From sequence record PZ445523.1: a stretch of 64,000 bases of DNA; one strand, written 5' to 3'. A model generated the notes under the pieces. That model was not told the origin of the DNA. It searched no databases and saw nothing but the letters and a program-made list of their open reading frames with translations. The DNA is from a phage. Both the position numbers and the translations under genes were made by a program. How positions within the stretch are numbered: the first letter of the stretch is position 1; each line of letters begins with the position of its first letter. Below, piece by piece: positions 18,759 to 27,569 of this stretch.

Positions 18759-19478
18759 TTATGATTCTTCTAAATGTCTTTTCTGAAAAGTTGATACCAT
18801 ACTACGATAAGGTTCATTTGGATACCCGTGTTTTATAGCTTCCTTTGTAAATTTTCTCCATCCGTATTTAGTTTCTTTCCAAAGCTCGAATAATTCATCT
18901 TCATACTGCCATATAGTTAAATGAGAACGCTTTGCAGCTTTAATTCCATTAATGTGCTTTTCTTTTACTGTAGGATTGCTTAGTGTCTTTTTAATAATAT
19001 TACTAACTTTTCTAACAAAAGCTGGGTCCTTATATCGTTGTGAAGTTTTTATTGAAGTGTTTAATTTAGCTTCCGGCGTGGATGTGACCTCTTTCATCTT
19101 TTTCTTCATATGCTCTATATGATTAGGATTTTTCCATAAATTTATAGAATGCTTTTTACATTTTATCCTAGTTTCATCTGCAACCTTTCCTCCTTCACCC
19201 CCATATGACAGGTTAACGCAGTTTTTTCCATATTTCAATTTACCTGCCATGATATATAATATTTCGGCTTGTACCATTTTATCATAATTATCAAAAACTT
19301 CTAAAACCGTTTTTGATAATATATGGTCATTTGACACTTTTACACGTTCTATATAATTTCCACTACCAACATACGAATCATTGATGTTATTAGTTATATG
19401 TCGACCATAATAGTATTTCTTAATACCTGTCTTTAAATTTAATATTTCAGTTTTATAGATAGTAAAATATTTTTTCAT
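18759..19478 (-). CDS. GIY-YIG homing-endonuclease-like protein (Seg/Mob-like)
   Basis: N-terminal GIY-YIG-type pattern (IYKTE...YYGRH...YVGSG) resembling segB; basic C-terminal region. Confidence 0.55.
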   Translation of the reverse strand: MKKYFTIYKTEILNLKTGIKKYYYGRHITNNINDSYVGSGNYIERVKVSNDHILSKTVLEVFDNYDKMVQAEILYIMAGKLKYGKNCVNLSYGGEGGKVADETRIKCKKHSINLWKNPNHIEHMKKKMKEVTSTPEAKLNTSIKTSQRYKDPAFVRKVSNIIKKTLSNPTVKEKHINGIKAAKRSHLTIWQYEDELFELWKETKYGWRKFTKEAIKHGYPNEPYRSMVSTFQKRHLEES

Positions 19479-20443
19479 TTTAATAATACCGTTTCAGCAA
19501 TTTCTTCCCAATGGTTTTTGTCGGTCATAATAAAGTCAGCAAGATAAAGTGCAGTACGCAGTGAAACATTGCGTAAACGATTAACATTGACTTTCATCCA
19601 TGATAATGCTTTATAAGTTTCTTCATCAGAAAGACCGCGCTTTTGCATCATGTCAGTTGAAAGAATAACATCTTCAACCCTGACCATAATTTCTTCATTA
19701 GTGTGAACACCCAAATCTAAATAAACTGAGCGGGACACTAATGCTTGTAAATGTGGAGCAAGTTTAGTACCACGGTCTAATTCGCGGTCAATATCAACGT
19801 TTGTGATAAAAACAATCGTTCCTTTAAATTCAAACTCACGCTCAATGCCTTTTTCTTCTAAGTAAGAAGATGCAGTGCTCCAGCAGACTTTACGGGTCTC
19901 TCCAGTGTCCAGAGCAGCTTTCAGAAGATTAAGAATGTCCATATCAGAGAAAACATCCACATCATCAATCAAAAGGACAGAATTCTCTTCACGATTATTC
20001 CAAAGCTGTTCATAAAGACCGATACCAGAGATTTTACCATTAATGCTTTTATACTCAATGTATCCAATATCATTTGCTTTATTCAAAGCTTTATCTAAAG
20101 AATACGTTTTACCAATACCTGCCGCACCAGAGATAATTAATGAACGAATGTTTCCGTTAATAATACCATTCGTCATCATTCCCATAACATTAAATCTTTT
20201 ATTAATGCGGGTTTTCATATCTTCATATGATTCTTTAACTTCTTCAACTTTTACACCATCATATGAAATGTCTGATTTGTAAACCCAAACACCGCGACGT
20301 TTACCATCAATTTCAACAAAAACTTTACCGTCTCCTTGTGCATCTACCGGAGCATTATCTGGGAACCATTCGCCTAAGAGCTCAAAAGTTCCAGAAATTT
20401 CTTTACCGAAGTAGATACCCTTATTGATAGTTACAGTTTTCAT
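19475..20443 (-). CDS. P-loop NTPase (AAA-like ATPase)
   Basis: Walker A GAAGIGKT and Walker B VLLIDDVD; start reset to MKTVTINKG after GGAG; ORF-track extension is promoter read-through. Confidence 0.6.
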   Translation of the reverse strand: MKTVTINKGIYFGKEISGTFELLGEWFPDNAPVDAQGDGKVFVEIDGKRRGVWVYKSDISYDGVKVEEVKESYEDMKTRINKRFNVMGMMTNGIINGNIRSLIISGAAGIGKTYSLDKALNKANDIGYIEYKSINGKISGIGLYEQLWNNREENSVLLIDDVDVFSDMDILNLLKAALDTGETRKVCWSTASSYLEEKGIEREFEFKGTIVFITNVDIDRELDRGTKLAPHLQALVSRSVYLDLGVHTNEEIMVRVEDVILSTDMMQKRGLSDEETYKALSWMKVNVNRLRNVSLRTALYLADFIMTDKNHWEEIAETVLLK

Positions 20444-20473
20444 TTTATTCTCCAAATCCGTATCAGTTGATAG

Positions 20474-20507
20474 TTGTATAGTACCATAAAGCTTTATGCT
20501 TGTAAAC
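20474..20507 (-). promoter_or_regulatory. Early promoter with conserved downstream block
   Basis: Minus-strand A/T-rich upstream, GTTTACA, TACTATAC block; upstream of the ATPase gene. Confidence 0.5.
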
Positions 20508-20536
20508 AACTTTGTGAAAAATTTTTGAAATAAAAA

Positions 20537-20556
20537 AGGGGAGCCCGAAGGCTCCC
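20537..20556 (-). terminator. Stem-loop terminator after the nucleotidyltransferase-like gene
   Basis: Minus-strand GGGGAGCCUUCGGGCUCCCC followed by a U-rich run. Confidence 0.55.
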
Positions 20557-20558
20557 CA

Positions 20559-21572
20559 TCATTTATAATAACTTCGGTGGTTTTCAAGATAGACCTTCTC
20601 AAGGAAGTCATCCCAGAAACTCATGTCTACTTTTTGCTGCATACCGTTCTTAGAAGCTTCAGTAGATGCTGCTTCTACTTGATCGACCACATCTTCCAAA
20701 AACTCTTGAACCGTTTTAAATGGATGTTTACCCAACTTCACGTCGAGAATAAATGGAGCATCTTGGAGTGGATAAATCAAGTCGCCAGTTTTGTAAATTT
20801 CCAATAGTTGAAGTCCACCACGACAAGCATGGCTCAGAGCTTTCCAGTCAATACCTTCATTGGCTTCAGCCTTACGAGCACGTTCACCGTATTCAGCATC
20901 TAATTTGTTCAGTGACTGCTTAAGCTCAATAAGAGAAAGCGTTGTCTGATATTTACGACCCAACACAGTGTAGAACGTTTGTGGGCCTGTTTTCTCATGA
21001 TTATGGAACACCCATTCACAGAATTCGTTTTCTGGAAGACGATGCTTAATATCTTCAACTTTAGTGCGACGCTGCTTAATAGAACCATCTTCTTGGTAAT
21101 CAACCCATTGCTCAGGGATTTGATTAACTACTTTCAATACATCACGTAATGCAGCCAAACGAGAACCCTTGACACCGTATTTAGAAGCTTGCTTGCGGAC
21201 ATATCCTAAATATGATTTCATGTTAGTCGTATAAAAACGAGAACGGTTGTCTTGAATAAACTTCCACACATCAGGCAAATCAGATTTAACCACTAGTTCA
21301 GGTGGAGTGTGAAGCATATCTAATGCTACAGTTTCACCATCTGCTGCTAATTTAAAGAAATATTTAAGACTGTATAGTTCATGGTCAATATCATCTTTAG
21401 TGTTTTTAGATGATGTGTTGTTAGTGTTTTTACTCATATGCTCTTTAACATTTCCGATAAGAATATCGCGAGCAGGAGGAACAAAGATTTCTTTAAAATC
21501 TACATCAGATTCTGGGGTAGAAGTTCCATAAAGATGACTACCAAAATAGCTTTTCATTACTGTTTTCATCAT
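20559..21572 (-). CDS. Pol-beta superfamily nucleotidyltransferase-like protein (337 aa)
   Basis: N-terminal GS-x9-DxD motif (GSHLYGTSTPESDVDF) typical of minimal nucleotidyltransferases; large C-terminal extension. Confidence 0.5.
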   Translation of the reverse strand: MMKTVMKSYFGSHLYGTSTPESDVDFKEIFVPPARDILIGNVKEHMSKNTNNTSSKNTKDDIDHELYSLKYFFKLAADGETVALDMLHTPPELVVKSDLPDVWKFIQDNRSRFYTTNMKSYLGYVRKQASKYGVKGSRLAALRDVLKVVNQIPEQWVDYQEDGSIKQRRTKVEDIKHRLPENEFCEWVFHNHEKTGPQTFYTVLGRKYQTTLSLIELKQSLNKLDAEYGERARKAEANEGIDWKALSHACRGGLQLLEIYKTGDLIYPLQDAPFILDVKLGKHPFKTVQEFLEDVVDQVEAASTEASKNGMQQKVDMSFWDDFLEKVYLENHRSYYK

Positions 21573-22030
21573 TCAGCCTTATATTCAATAACAGGACATA
21601 CTTTAGCTTTACGAGCTTTTAAAAATTCAACGATAATCGATTTCTTGGGTTGAATAGGAGGTAAACCTTTATACGCCCTATCAATATTTTCTATGTGTAA
21701 AGCATAATCCTTTTTCCATTTATAATCTTTATATTTTTCACGCAAATGTGCAGGAATAACAAATGAACCGATAATAAGTAAAACAACCAAAAGCGCAAGT
21801 ATAAATGCTGATGGAAGCAAAGTCCATAAACTACCAAAAATAAGCCAACGTTGTAGGCTTTCTGCACAAATAATTGTTAGCCCTACGAGTATAGCACACC
21901 CAAAAATAGAAACGAAAAATGTAGGAATAGCAATAGACCAAAAATATGCGCATAGTGTCTTAGGTCGTTGCCATTCATCGTTAAACAATTTGAATAATTT
22001 ATAGTGCCAAGAGTTTTCATTAATAATCAT
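21569..22030 (-). CDS. Membrane protein (153 aa)
   Basis: Several hydrophobic helices; start overlaps... stop overlaps the downstream gene start. Confidence 0.5.
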   Translation of the reverse strand: MIINENSWHYKLFKLFNDEWQRPKTLCAYFWSIAIPTFFVSIFGCAILVGLTIICAESLQRWLIFGSLWTLLPSAFILALLVVLLIIGSFVIPAHLREKYKDYKWKKDYALHIENIDRAYKGLPPIQPKKSIIVEFLKARKAKVCPVIEYKAE

Positions 22031-22032
22031 AA

Positions 22033-22554
22033 TTATCCTTTCATTGAAGGCGTAACGGTTGTTAAATACTTAATCATAGCTTCAGCTTCTGATTTTGATA
22101 ATGAAATTTCTCCATTGTTTTGACGAATAGAAATAAAATCCGGATGACGGTCACCACCAGCTTTTAAAACACACATATAAGTATCAACTTCGCCTTCAAT
22201 ATTTGAAATGATTGAAGCAGTTCCACATGAATGTGGTTTTTGATAAATCAATACAGCTTTTCTTCCGCCATTTGACTGTTCATATGCTTTTAACACATCA
22301 AGCAAATCAGTTCTTTTATCAATAGCTAAAATGTTATTTTCATCTTCAATGTTAAATCCTTCGGATACTTCATAAAGCGTTACCCATAAATCACCAATGT
22401 CAATAACAGCATTTACGTTTCCACGGCTTTCAAGAGCATGACAAATTTTCTTGATTTCGTCATAACTCATTTTAATAATATCATCTCCTTGAATAAGAAA
22501 GATGTCATTTTTAAATTCAACACGAATTAAACCACTTCCACTTGAAATAAACAT
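22033..22554 (-). CDS. Hypothetical protein (173 aa); paralog of 22561..23115
   Basis: Shares a C-terminal motif (EAxxLKxYLxxVxPxM) with the adjacent ORF. Confidence 0.5.
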   Translation of the reverse strand: MFISSGSGLIRVEFKNDIFLIQGDDIIKMSYDEIKKICHALESRGNVNAVIDIGDLWVTLYEVSEGFNIEDENNILAIDKRTDLLDVLKAYEQSNGGRKAVLIYQKPHSCGTASIISNIEGEVDTYMCVLKAGGDRHPDFISIRQNNGEISLSKSEAEAMIKYLTTVTPSMKG

Positions 22555-22560
22555 ATTTCC

Positions 22561-23115
22561 TCACTTTGAAATCATAGTTGGAATGACAGAATCAAGATAA
22601 GTCTTTAGCGCAATAGCTTCGTCTTTGGTAAATGTGACAATATGTGCTCGAGAATCATCAATTTGGCGAACAAGTACGACATCGCCATCTTCATAAGAAG
22701 TCTTGACATCCAAAGTCGTAGTATAATTTGCAGCTACTGGATTAATAATGCTAGCACCGCGATCTTTAGCCCATTGAAGTTTAGACTTTTCGGGTGTTTC
22801 GACTGTTTCAGATTCCAAGAATTCTTTCACCTTGGCAACGAATGTTGCCCAATTGTTGATAGAAAGACACGCAAGTTCAGTTTCAATATTACCACCGTGA
22901 GTGCCACGATAAAAACGAACTTGGAGGTCGTCTGTAATATTAGTTACACAGGTAACTCCTGAGGGAGCATAAGATAAAATCGCAGGCAATTCCATAGGAA
23001 GAATAGTAATACTATCGTCTTCCTGCGTCAGAACGTATATATTACCACGTTTTTCGATAACCAGGTCACCGAACAAATCAGTTGTTTCAATTACAGCTTT
23101 CATATTATTTACCAA
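22561..23115 (-). CDS. Hypothetical protein (184 aa); paralog of 22033..22554
   Basis: Shared C-terminal motif with the adjacent ORF. Confidence 0.5.
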   Translation of the reverse strand: MVNNMKAVIETTDLFGDLVIEKRGNIYVLTQEDDSITILPMELPAILSYAPSGVTCVTNITDDLQVRFYRGTHGGNIETELACLSINNWATFVAKVKEFLESETVETPEKSKLQWAKDRGASIINPVAANYTTTLDVKTSYEDGDVVLVRQIDDSRAHIVTFTKDEAIALKTYLDSVIPTMISK

Positions 23116-23290
23116 TTAAAGTTTCAATATAAGAATCAAGATTTACTTTAGCTTCTTCCATAAGAGTTTTGTATTTAATCTTGTTGGCATGTCCGGAGAA
23201 AGCTGATTCATCAATAATTGTTGATGTATGAACAGCTTTACTATACGTCTCAATTAATTCTCTTAATTTAAAAGCCTGCTCACTTGTCAT
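23105..23290 (-). CDS. Small acidic helical protein (61 aa), paralog family member
   Basis: N-terminal xSEQ-K-L motif shared with 23619, 23816, 25809 and 25994. Confidence 0.5.
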   Translation of the reverse strand: MTSEQAFKLRELIETYSKAVHTSTIIDESAFSGHANKIKYKTLMEEAKVNLDSYIETLIGK

Positions 23291-23417
23291 TACATACTCC
23301 TCTGAATCATATCAATAATGTTGTTCACCAGATTATAAGTAAACATTGGGTAATTATATTGAATCATCACATACACAACAAACAAAACTTTCATTCTCTT
23401 CTCCTTGGCAGTTGACA

Positions 23418-23452
23418 AGATTACTATACCATAACCTTGCCAACTTGTAAAC
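23418..23452 (-). promoter_or_regulatory. Early promoter
   Basis: Minus-strand GTTTACA, 17-nt spacer, TATAGT; followed by GGAG and a short ORF. Confidence 0.45.
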
Positions 23453-23454
23453 CA

Positions 23455-23629
23455 TTAAATGACGTTTTCGATAAAATTCTGAAGCTTTGTATGAGCATCA
23501 ACCATGATTTTCATTTCTTCTTTGGCGAAAGCTATACCTCTTTCACGAGAAGAATATTCATAGTCAGAAACTGCATTAGCATATTCTTCAATTAGCTTTC
23601 ATTAAAAACATCTGCTTTTCAGTTTTCAT
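23455..23629 (-). pseudogene. Frameshifted member of the small acidic paralog family
   Basis: ATG after GGTGGA gives MKTEKQMFLMKAN then a stop; the +1 frame continues as IEEYANAVSDYEYSS... to a stop near 23455. Confidence 0.4.
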
Positions 23630-23813
23630 TATTCCACCTAATCATTTCAAGATATTGAACTAACTTAGCTTTGGATTTATCCAAATCCTTTTTAGCTGCT
23701 TCTATACCGTCGTATGAATATCCTTCACAATGCTCAACTGCTAATTGATATGAATCTATTTCAATATCATGCGCTAATTTAATGATTTTTTCAAACTGTT
23801 CGTGTGTTAGCAT
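23619..23813 (-). CDS. Small acidic helical protein (64 aa), paralog family member
   Basis: MLTHEQFEKIIKLAH...; coupled to neighbours. Confidence 0.5.
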   Translation of the reverse strand: MLTHEQFEKIIKLAHDIEIDSYQLAVEHCEGYSYDGIEAAKKDLDKSKAKLVQYLEMIRWNNEN

Positions 23814-23815
23814 AC

Positions 23816-23998
23816 TTACACTCTCGTATTATGATCGATAATTTCATCAAGAAACATATCTAACGCTTCTAAAGCATTATCAACTTTAGCTTCAAATTCT
23901 TCAATACCTGATAAGGCAAAGTTAACGCGTTCCTCATCTGCTTTACGAATTAAAGCTACCAATTCCTTAATTTTATCCGCTTGTTCAATACTAATCAT
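23816..23998 (-). CDS. Small acidic helical protein (about 60 aa), paralog family member
   Basis: Start reset to [14 protein letters not shown] (TGATG overlap with upstream stop). Confidence 0.45.
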   Translation of the reverse strand: MISIEQADKIKELVALIRKADEERVNFALSGIEEFEAKVDNALEALDMFLDEIIDHNTRV

Positions 23999-24186
23999 TA
24001 TTCCACCACATATGAAAGAGAGAATATTGCACACGCCATGTGAGTTGCAGCTTCATCACACATATTATAACGTTTCTTAAGAAGTTCTACAAGTTCTTCA
24101 CTAGTGACTTCATCCATGTCGACGAAAAAATCACCATTAATGATGACGTAGATATTTCCTTCTTGATTGAGTGCTTCAATTTTCAT
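23998..24186 (-). CDS. Hypothetical small protein (about 62 aa)
   Basis: Start reset to MKIEALNQ after AAGAGGAGAA; upstream codons in the ORF track are the promoter block. Confidence 0.5.
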   Translation of the reverse strand: MKIEALNQEGNIYVIINGDFFVDMDEVTSEELVELLKKRYNMCDEAATHMACAIFSLSYVVE

Positions 24187-24211
24187 GATGTTCTCCTCTT
24201 TATCCGATGGT

Positions 24212-24244
24212 TGTATAGTACCACAGCTCAAACGGAAAGTAAAC
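24212..24244 (-). promoter_or_regulatory. Early promoter with conserved downstream block
   Basis: Minus-strand GTTTAC, spacer, GGTACTATACAAC block. Confidence 0.5.
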
Positions 24245-24259
24245 CGGTAAAATGAAAAA

Positions 24260-24275
24260 AGTCTCCCGAAGGAGA
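24260..24275 (-). terminator. Stem-loop with UUCG tetraloop
   Basis: Minus-strand GUCUCCUUCGGGAGAC followed by a U run, downstream of ORF 24282..24668. Confidence 0.55.
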
Positions 24276-24281
24276 CTAATG

Positions 24282-24668
24282 TTATTCGAGGGAAAGAAGA
24301 TACTTACTCTGGTAAAACATTCCAGTAATATCATCTATCGTGCTTTGGATGGCTGGAGGCATTTCTTTATAAATGCTGTTAGATTGGTCTAGTATGCGAT
24401 CAATCATTTTAATTGTGTCGGTAGGAAGTTTACTGGCATCTGGAATTGAAGGTGTGTATTTTCGACCAGAATACCCCAAATATTGCTCACCAAATTTATC
24501 AATCAAATCTGGCAACTCGGAGAAAATAAAATCGTATGCTTTGTGTCTAGCATAACTTTTAGTTTCAAAATGTGCAGAATGAAAATAAGCTTGTGCAGCC
24601 ATTAATAAACCTAAGTATTCATCTGCCTTTGAAGGTTTTCCACTTTGTGAAAAGTCGCTGAATTTCAT
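24282..24668 (-). CDS. Hypothetical protein (128 aa)
   Basis: ORF on the early strand, followed by a terminator hairpin. Confidence 0.5.
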   Translation of the reverse strand: MKFSDFSQSGKPSKADEYLGLLMAAQAYFHSAHFETKSYARHKAYDFIFSELPDLIDKFGEQYLGYSGRKYTPSIPDASKLPTDTIKMIDRILDQSNSIYKEMPPAIQSTIDDITGMFYQSKYLLSLE

Positions 24669-24958
24669 TCAGTCTCCAATTTAATGTTCATAATTCTAGC
24701 GTATGATTGTGCCATCTCCGCGCCTCGTTCTATACATTCAAAATCAGAAGAGCACGGGTCATTTTTATAGGTCGTTCTCATAAAACTATAGAATTGTTCA
24801 GACGATTCTACGCTTTTATTTTCAAAAAGCATATAAACGTGCCTAATACCAGATTCCATAAATTTATCAAAATGAGGATCGGCATTCGCTTCAATCGATG
24901 GAGATAAAACAAATGACAATCCTAGCATGGCAAATAGTGCCGTTGCTTTTAAGGCCAT
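24665..24958 (-). CDS. Secreted protein with signal peptide (97 aa)
   Basis: N-terminal signal peptide (MALKATALFAMLGLSFVLSPSIEANA); Cys pair in the mature part. Confidence 0.5.
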   Translation of the reverse strand: MALKATALFAMLGLSFVLSPSIEANADPHFDKFMESGIRHVYMLFENKSVESSEQFYSFMRTTYKNDPCSSDFECIERGAEMAQSYARIMNIKLETE

Positions 24959-24970
24959 AAAGGCCTCCTA

Positions 24971-25183
24971 TCATTTTTGTCCTGTATTTACTTTATGCCG
25001 ATGCACGGCCTTAACTTTATCAAGGTATTTTTCAAAATTTCGCAATCTAGTATAGTCTGCCGGAGATTGGTTGAGTGATACTTCTCGACGCAAAGCTGAA
25101 ATGATATTTCCAACTTCCCTACGAATTTCATCTAATTGAAGCACAGTAAGATTGCGAAGTTGCTTTTCAGTTAATTGTAGCAT
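24971..25183 (-). CDS. Hypothetical protein (70 aa)
   Basis: Basic helical ORF immediately downstream of tk. Confidence 0.45.
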
Positions 25184-25225
25184 ATATACCCCTTTAGTTA
25201 GATAAACCTATTTATAACTTTTGCA

Positions 25226-25807
25226 CTAACCGAGCTTTTTAGTTAATTCATTCCAATGTTTTCTACACAAAGAAACATAAATTTCATCACCAATACAGAT
25301 TTGATTACCTTCTTTAACTGATGTTCCATCTTCCATTAATCGAGCTGTCATAATCGCTTTTTTACCACAATGACAAACTGCCTTTAGTTCAATAAGTTTA
25401 TCTGCAATCGCTAAAAGTTCTTTAGAACCTTCAAACAATTTTCCAGCGAAATCAGTCCTTAATCCATAAGCCATAACAGGAACATTATATGTATCAACAA
25501 TTCGGCTCAATTGATGCACCTGTTCAGTTTTTAAAAATTGGGCTTCATCTACAAATATGCAATGAATATCTTTTTGTGCTTCAGCCCATTTATAGAACTC
25601 GAAAATATCCATATCATCCGTAATAATATTCGCTTCCTGCTTAATTCCAATGCGAGAAACGACTTCACAGACAGAATCGCGAGTATCAATAGCAGGCTTA
25701 AGAACTAATACGCCCATTCCGCGTTCTTTATAATTGTGTGCAGCAGTCAAAAGAGAAGCAGATTTTCCAGCATTCATTGCTGCATAAGTAAAAATTAAAC
25801 TCGCCAT
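25226..25807 (-). CDS. tk: Thymidine kinase
   Basis: 193 aa; P-loop MNAGKSASLL and C-terminal zinc cysteines; matches T4 Tk. Confidence 0.95.
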   Translation of the reverse strand: MASLIFTYAAMNAGKSASLLTAAHNYKERGMGVLVLKPAIDTRDSVCEVVSRIGIKQEANIITDDMDIFEFYKWAEAQKDIHCIFVDEAQFLKTEQVHQLSRIVDTYNVPVMAYGLRTDFAGKLFEGSKELLAIADKLIELKAVCHCGKKAIMTARLMEDGTSVKEGNQICIGDEIYVSLCRKHWNELTKKLG

Positions 25808-25808
25808 T

Positions 25809-25997
25809 TTAGTCCTTAGTTAAATTTTCTAAATATGTTTCTAAATCATTTTCAGCTTTATCGATAGATTTTACTAATTCGTAATATGTTTCGGCATCTC
25901 CATATTCAGAAGATATTTCAAAAGACAAATCCTTTTCTAAACTAATAATTTCACCAACTAAAAATAATATTTCGTTCTTTTGTTCGCGAGTAATCAT
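25809..25997 (-). CDS. Small acidic helical protein (62 aa), paralog family member
   Basis: MITREQKNEILFLVGEI...; family motif. Confidence 0.5.
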   Translation of the reverse strand: MITREQKNEILFLVGEIISLEKDLSFEISSEYGDAETYYELVKSIDKAENDLETYLENLTKD

Positions 25998-26179
25998 AAA
26001 GAATTTATATAATCAATGAGTTCTTGCTCTTTATCGTCGAAATCTTTACACAGTTCTTCGTATTCGTCAGTATTAAAAGGACCGCATTCATTACAAACTT
26101 TTTCCAATTCACTATTTTTATCCATAACTTCGTGGATAAGAGAAAAGAGTTTGTCTTTTTGTTCTTTGCTTAGGCTCAT
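25994..26179 (-). CDS. Small acidic helical protein (61 aa), paralog family member
   Basis: MSLSKEQKDKLFSLIHEV...; family motif. Confidence 0.5.
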   Translation of the reverse strand: MSLSKEQKDKLFSLIHEVMDKNSELEKVCNECGPFNTDEYEELCKDFDDKEQELIDYINSL

Positions 26180-26349
26180 ATATTAATTTCCAGAAGTTTT
26201 AAAATAATTCGCTTTTGCTTAAATATTTCCACAGTTAAATGATCAGTATCTTTTTGACCAATTCCAATGGCAAAACCTTTATTAACAGCGAGTTCAATTA
26301 AATTATCAAGTTCACGTAACACTTCGTATTGTAACTCAGAACTATTCAT
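26176..26349 (-). CDS. Hypothetical small protein (about 57 aa)
   Basis: Hand-translated ORF (MNSSELQYEVLRELDNLIELAV...); ATGA overlaps at both ends; below the ORF-track size cut-off. Confidence 0.4.
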   Translation of the reverse strand: MNSSELQYEVLRELDNLIELAVNKGFAIGIGQKDTDHLTVEIFKQKRIILKLLEINI

Positions 26350-26558
26350 TTTGGTTTACCTTCTTTAACGAAATCAGGATAAGGATAAAATCCTGAATAA
26401 AATCCTTCACCTTTATGATTGATGCATCCTTTATTAGAACAATAGCACCAATAATCGAAATCACAAGCCATTTCATCATTGCATAAAGCAAAAACAACCG
26501 GCCACTTACACTTTTCACAGTGGGCATTTTTAAGAATACTAGTTTGGCTCATAACCAT
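26346..26558 (-). CDS. Cysteine-rich small protein (70 aa)
   Basis: About ten Cys/His in CxxC-like spacing; likely a metal-binding fold. Confidence 0.5.
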   Translation of the reverse strand: MVMSQTSILKNAHCEKCKWPVVFALCNDEMACDFDYWCYCSNKGCINHKGEGFYSGFYPYPDFVKEGKPK

Positions 26559-26776
26559 GTCACCTTTAAGCAGTATTCTTCTACATGTTGTTTACGACCT
26601 TTCTTATCAATAAAGGTATATTCAACGAATGTTCCAATGTAGTCTTTATCTACATCATGTGGACTATTAATTGGACATTTAGTACGGCAAATGCGTTCCC
26701 ATTGACGAATAATTACTGCCTTATTCTTTGGGTCATACGGATGTGGATAATGTATATTCATAATAACGGTTCCCAA
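26549..26776 (-). CDS. Hypothetical protein (75 aa)
   Basis: ORF on the early strand. Confidence 0.45.
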   Translation of the reverse strand: MGTVIMNIHYPHPYDPKNKAVIIRQWERICRTKCPINSPHDVDKDYIGTFVEYTFIDKKGRKQHVEEYCLKVTWL

Positions 26777-27225
26777 TCAACAATCACAATTTCTAATTTA
26801 GAGGAATATGTATCTAAAATCCCCTCAATAATATCCCAGTTCCCTTTACCTATGCCTGCACCAATCCTAGGCATATAGATTGTAGGTTTAATCAGTTTAT
26901 TTTCACCAAACTCATTTAATTCTAACATACAATTCATTAAAGCGGAATACTCAAAATTTGGCCCTGGTTGAAATTGAGTATAAAGATTGAAGCAGTAAGC
27001 TTTATGAGTCCTAAAGTATTTTTCATAGACTGAGTAAGAACCGAGTTTAGTTACATCGCCCCATTCTGTCTGTAATTTATCAGCTTCCAAAATTTTAGGG
27101 AAAGCTTTGGTTAATTGACCCGCTACGCCTGAACCCATAGTATGAAAACAATTGCATCCATGCGCAATATTTTTACCTTCAGCGAAAAGGGCGACAATAT
27201 CGCCCTTGATATATTTTACAATCAT
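26758..27225 (-). CDS. Macro-domain protein (ADP-ribose binding or hydrolase fold)
   Basis: Macro-domain signatures: NC...MGSGVAGQ (glycine-rich loop) and PRIGAGIGKG. Confidence 0.55.
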   Translation of the reverse strand: MIVKYIKGDIVALFAEGKNIAHGCNCFHTMGSGVAGQLTKAFPKILEADKLQTEWGDVTKLGSYSVYEKYFRTHKAYCFNLYTQFQPGPNFEYSALMNCMLELNEFGENKLIKPTIYMPRIGAGIGKGNWDIIEGILDTYSSKLEIVIVDWEPLL

Positions 27226-27569
27226 CTAGTACTCAATCCTCGATTATAAGAATCTACCAAACGGTCAACCATTGAATGACAAGCGGCTTTATCTTTCTCC
27301 TCCGCAACTGAGCATTCTAAGGTATTCCACTTTTTAGCATATCGTTTTAATAATGTATCGTTTTTGTATCTGCTTGATTTATCTCTTTCTCCGTCTTTAT
27401 ATGCATATATTAATTTCTGTGCAAATTCAGCTTGGCATGCTTTATTTTTCCCACAATAATCTGCCGCAGTGCGGTTTACATATTCTCTAATTTCAGTATA
27501 TGATGTATCTGCTGACGCAGAAGCAGAAAATGAAATTAATCCTATACATAAAACCAAAATTTTAGTCAT
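27222..27569 (-). CDS. Secreted Cys-containing protein (115 aa); occupies the T4 vs position
   Basis: Signal peptide (MTKILVLCIGLISFSASASA); four Cys; lies between tk and regB; identity with T4 Vs not verified. Confidence 0.45.
   Translation of the reverse strand: MTKILVLCIGLISFSASASADTSYTEIREYVNRTAADYCGKNKACQAEFAQKLIYAYKDGERDKSSRYKNDTLLKRYAKKWNTLECSVAEEKDKAACHSMVDRLVDSYNRGLSTR

Noticed and set aside
17786-20611. Long N-terminal extensions in ORF-track entries 17786..18373, 19475..20611, 23998..24231, 35590..35916 and 14341..15393
   Set aside because: The extensions translate the conserved early-promoter block (the GTIQLST peptide) and sit upstream of a good Shine-Dalgarno and internal ATG; starts were reset to the internal ATG.
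26342-26527. ORF 26342..26527 overlapping the Cys-rich ORF 26346..26558 in another frame
   Set aside because: It is almost entirely contained in the Cys-rich ORF, which has the more protein-like metal-binding pattern; treated as a frame artifact.
27222-27569. Naming ORF 27222..27569 as vs (valyl-tRNA synthetase modifier)
   Set aside because: Position and my recalled length fit, but the clear signal peptide is at odds with a cytoplasmic role and I cannot recall the T4 Vs sequence, so the gene symbol was left empty.
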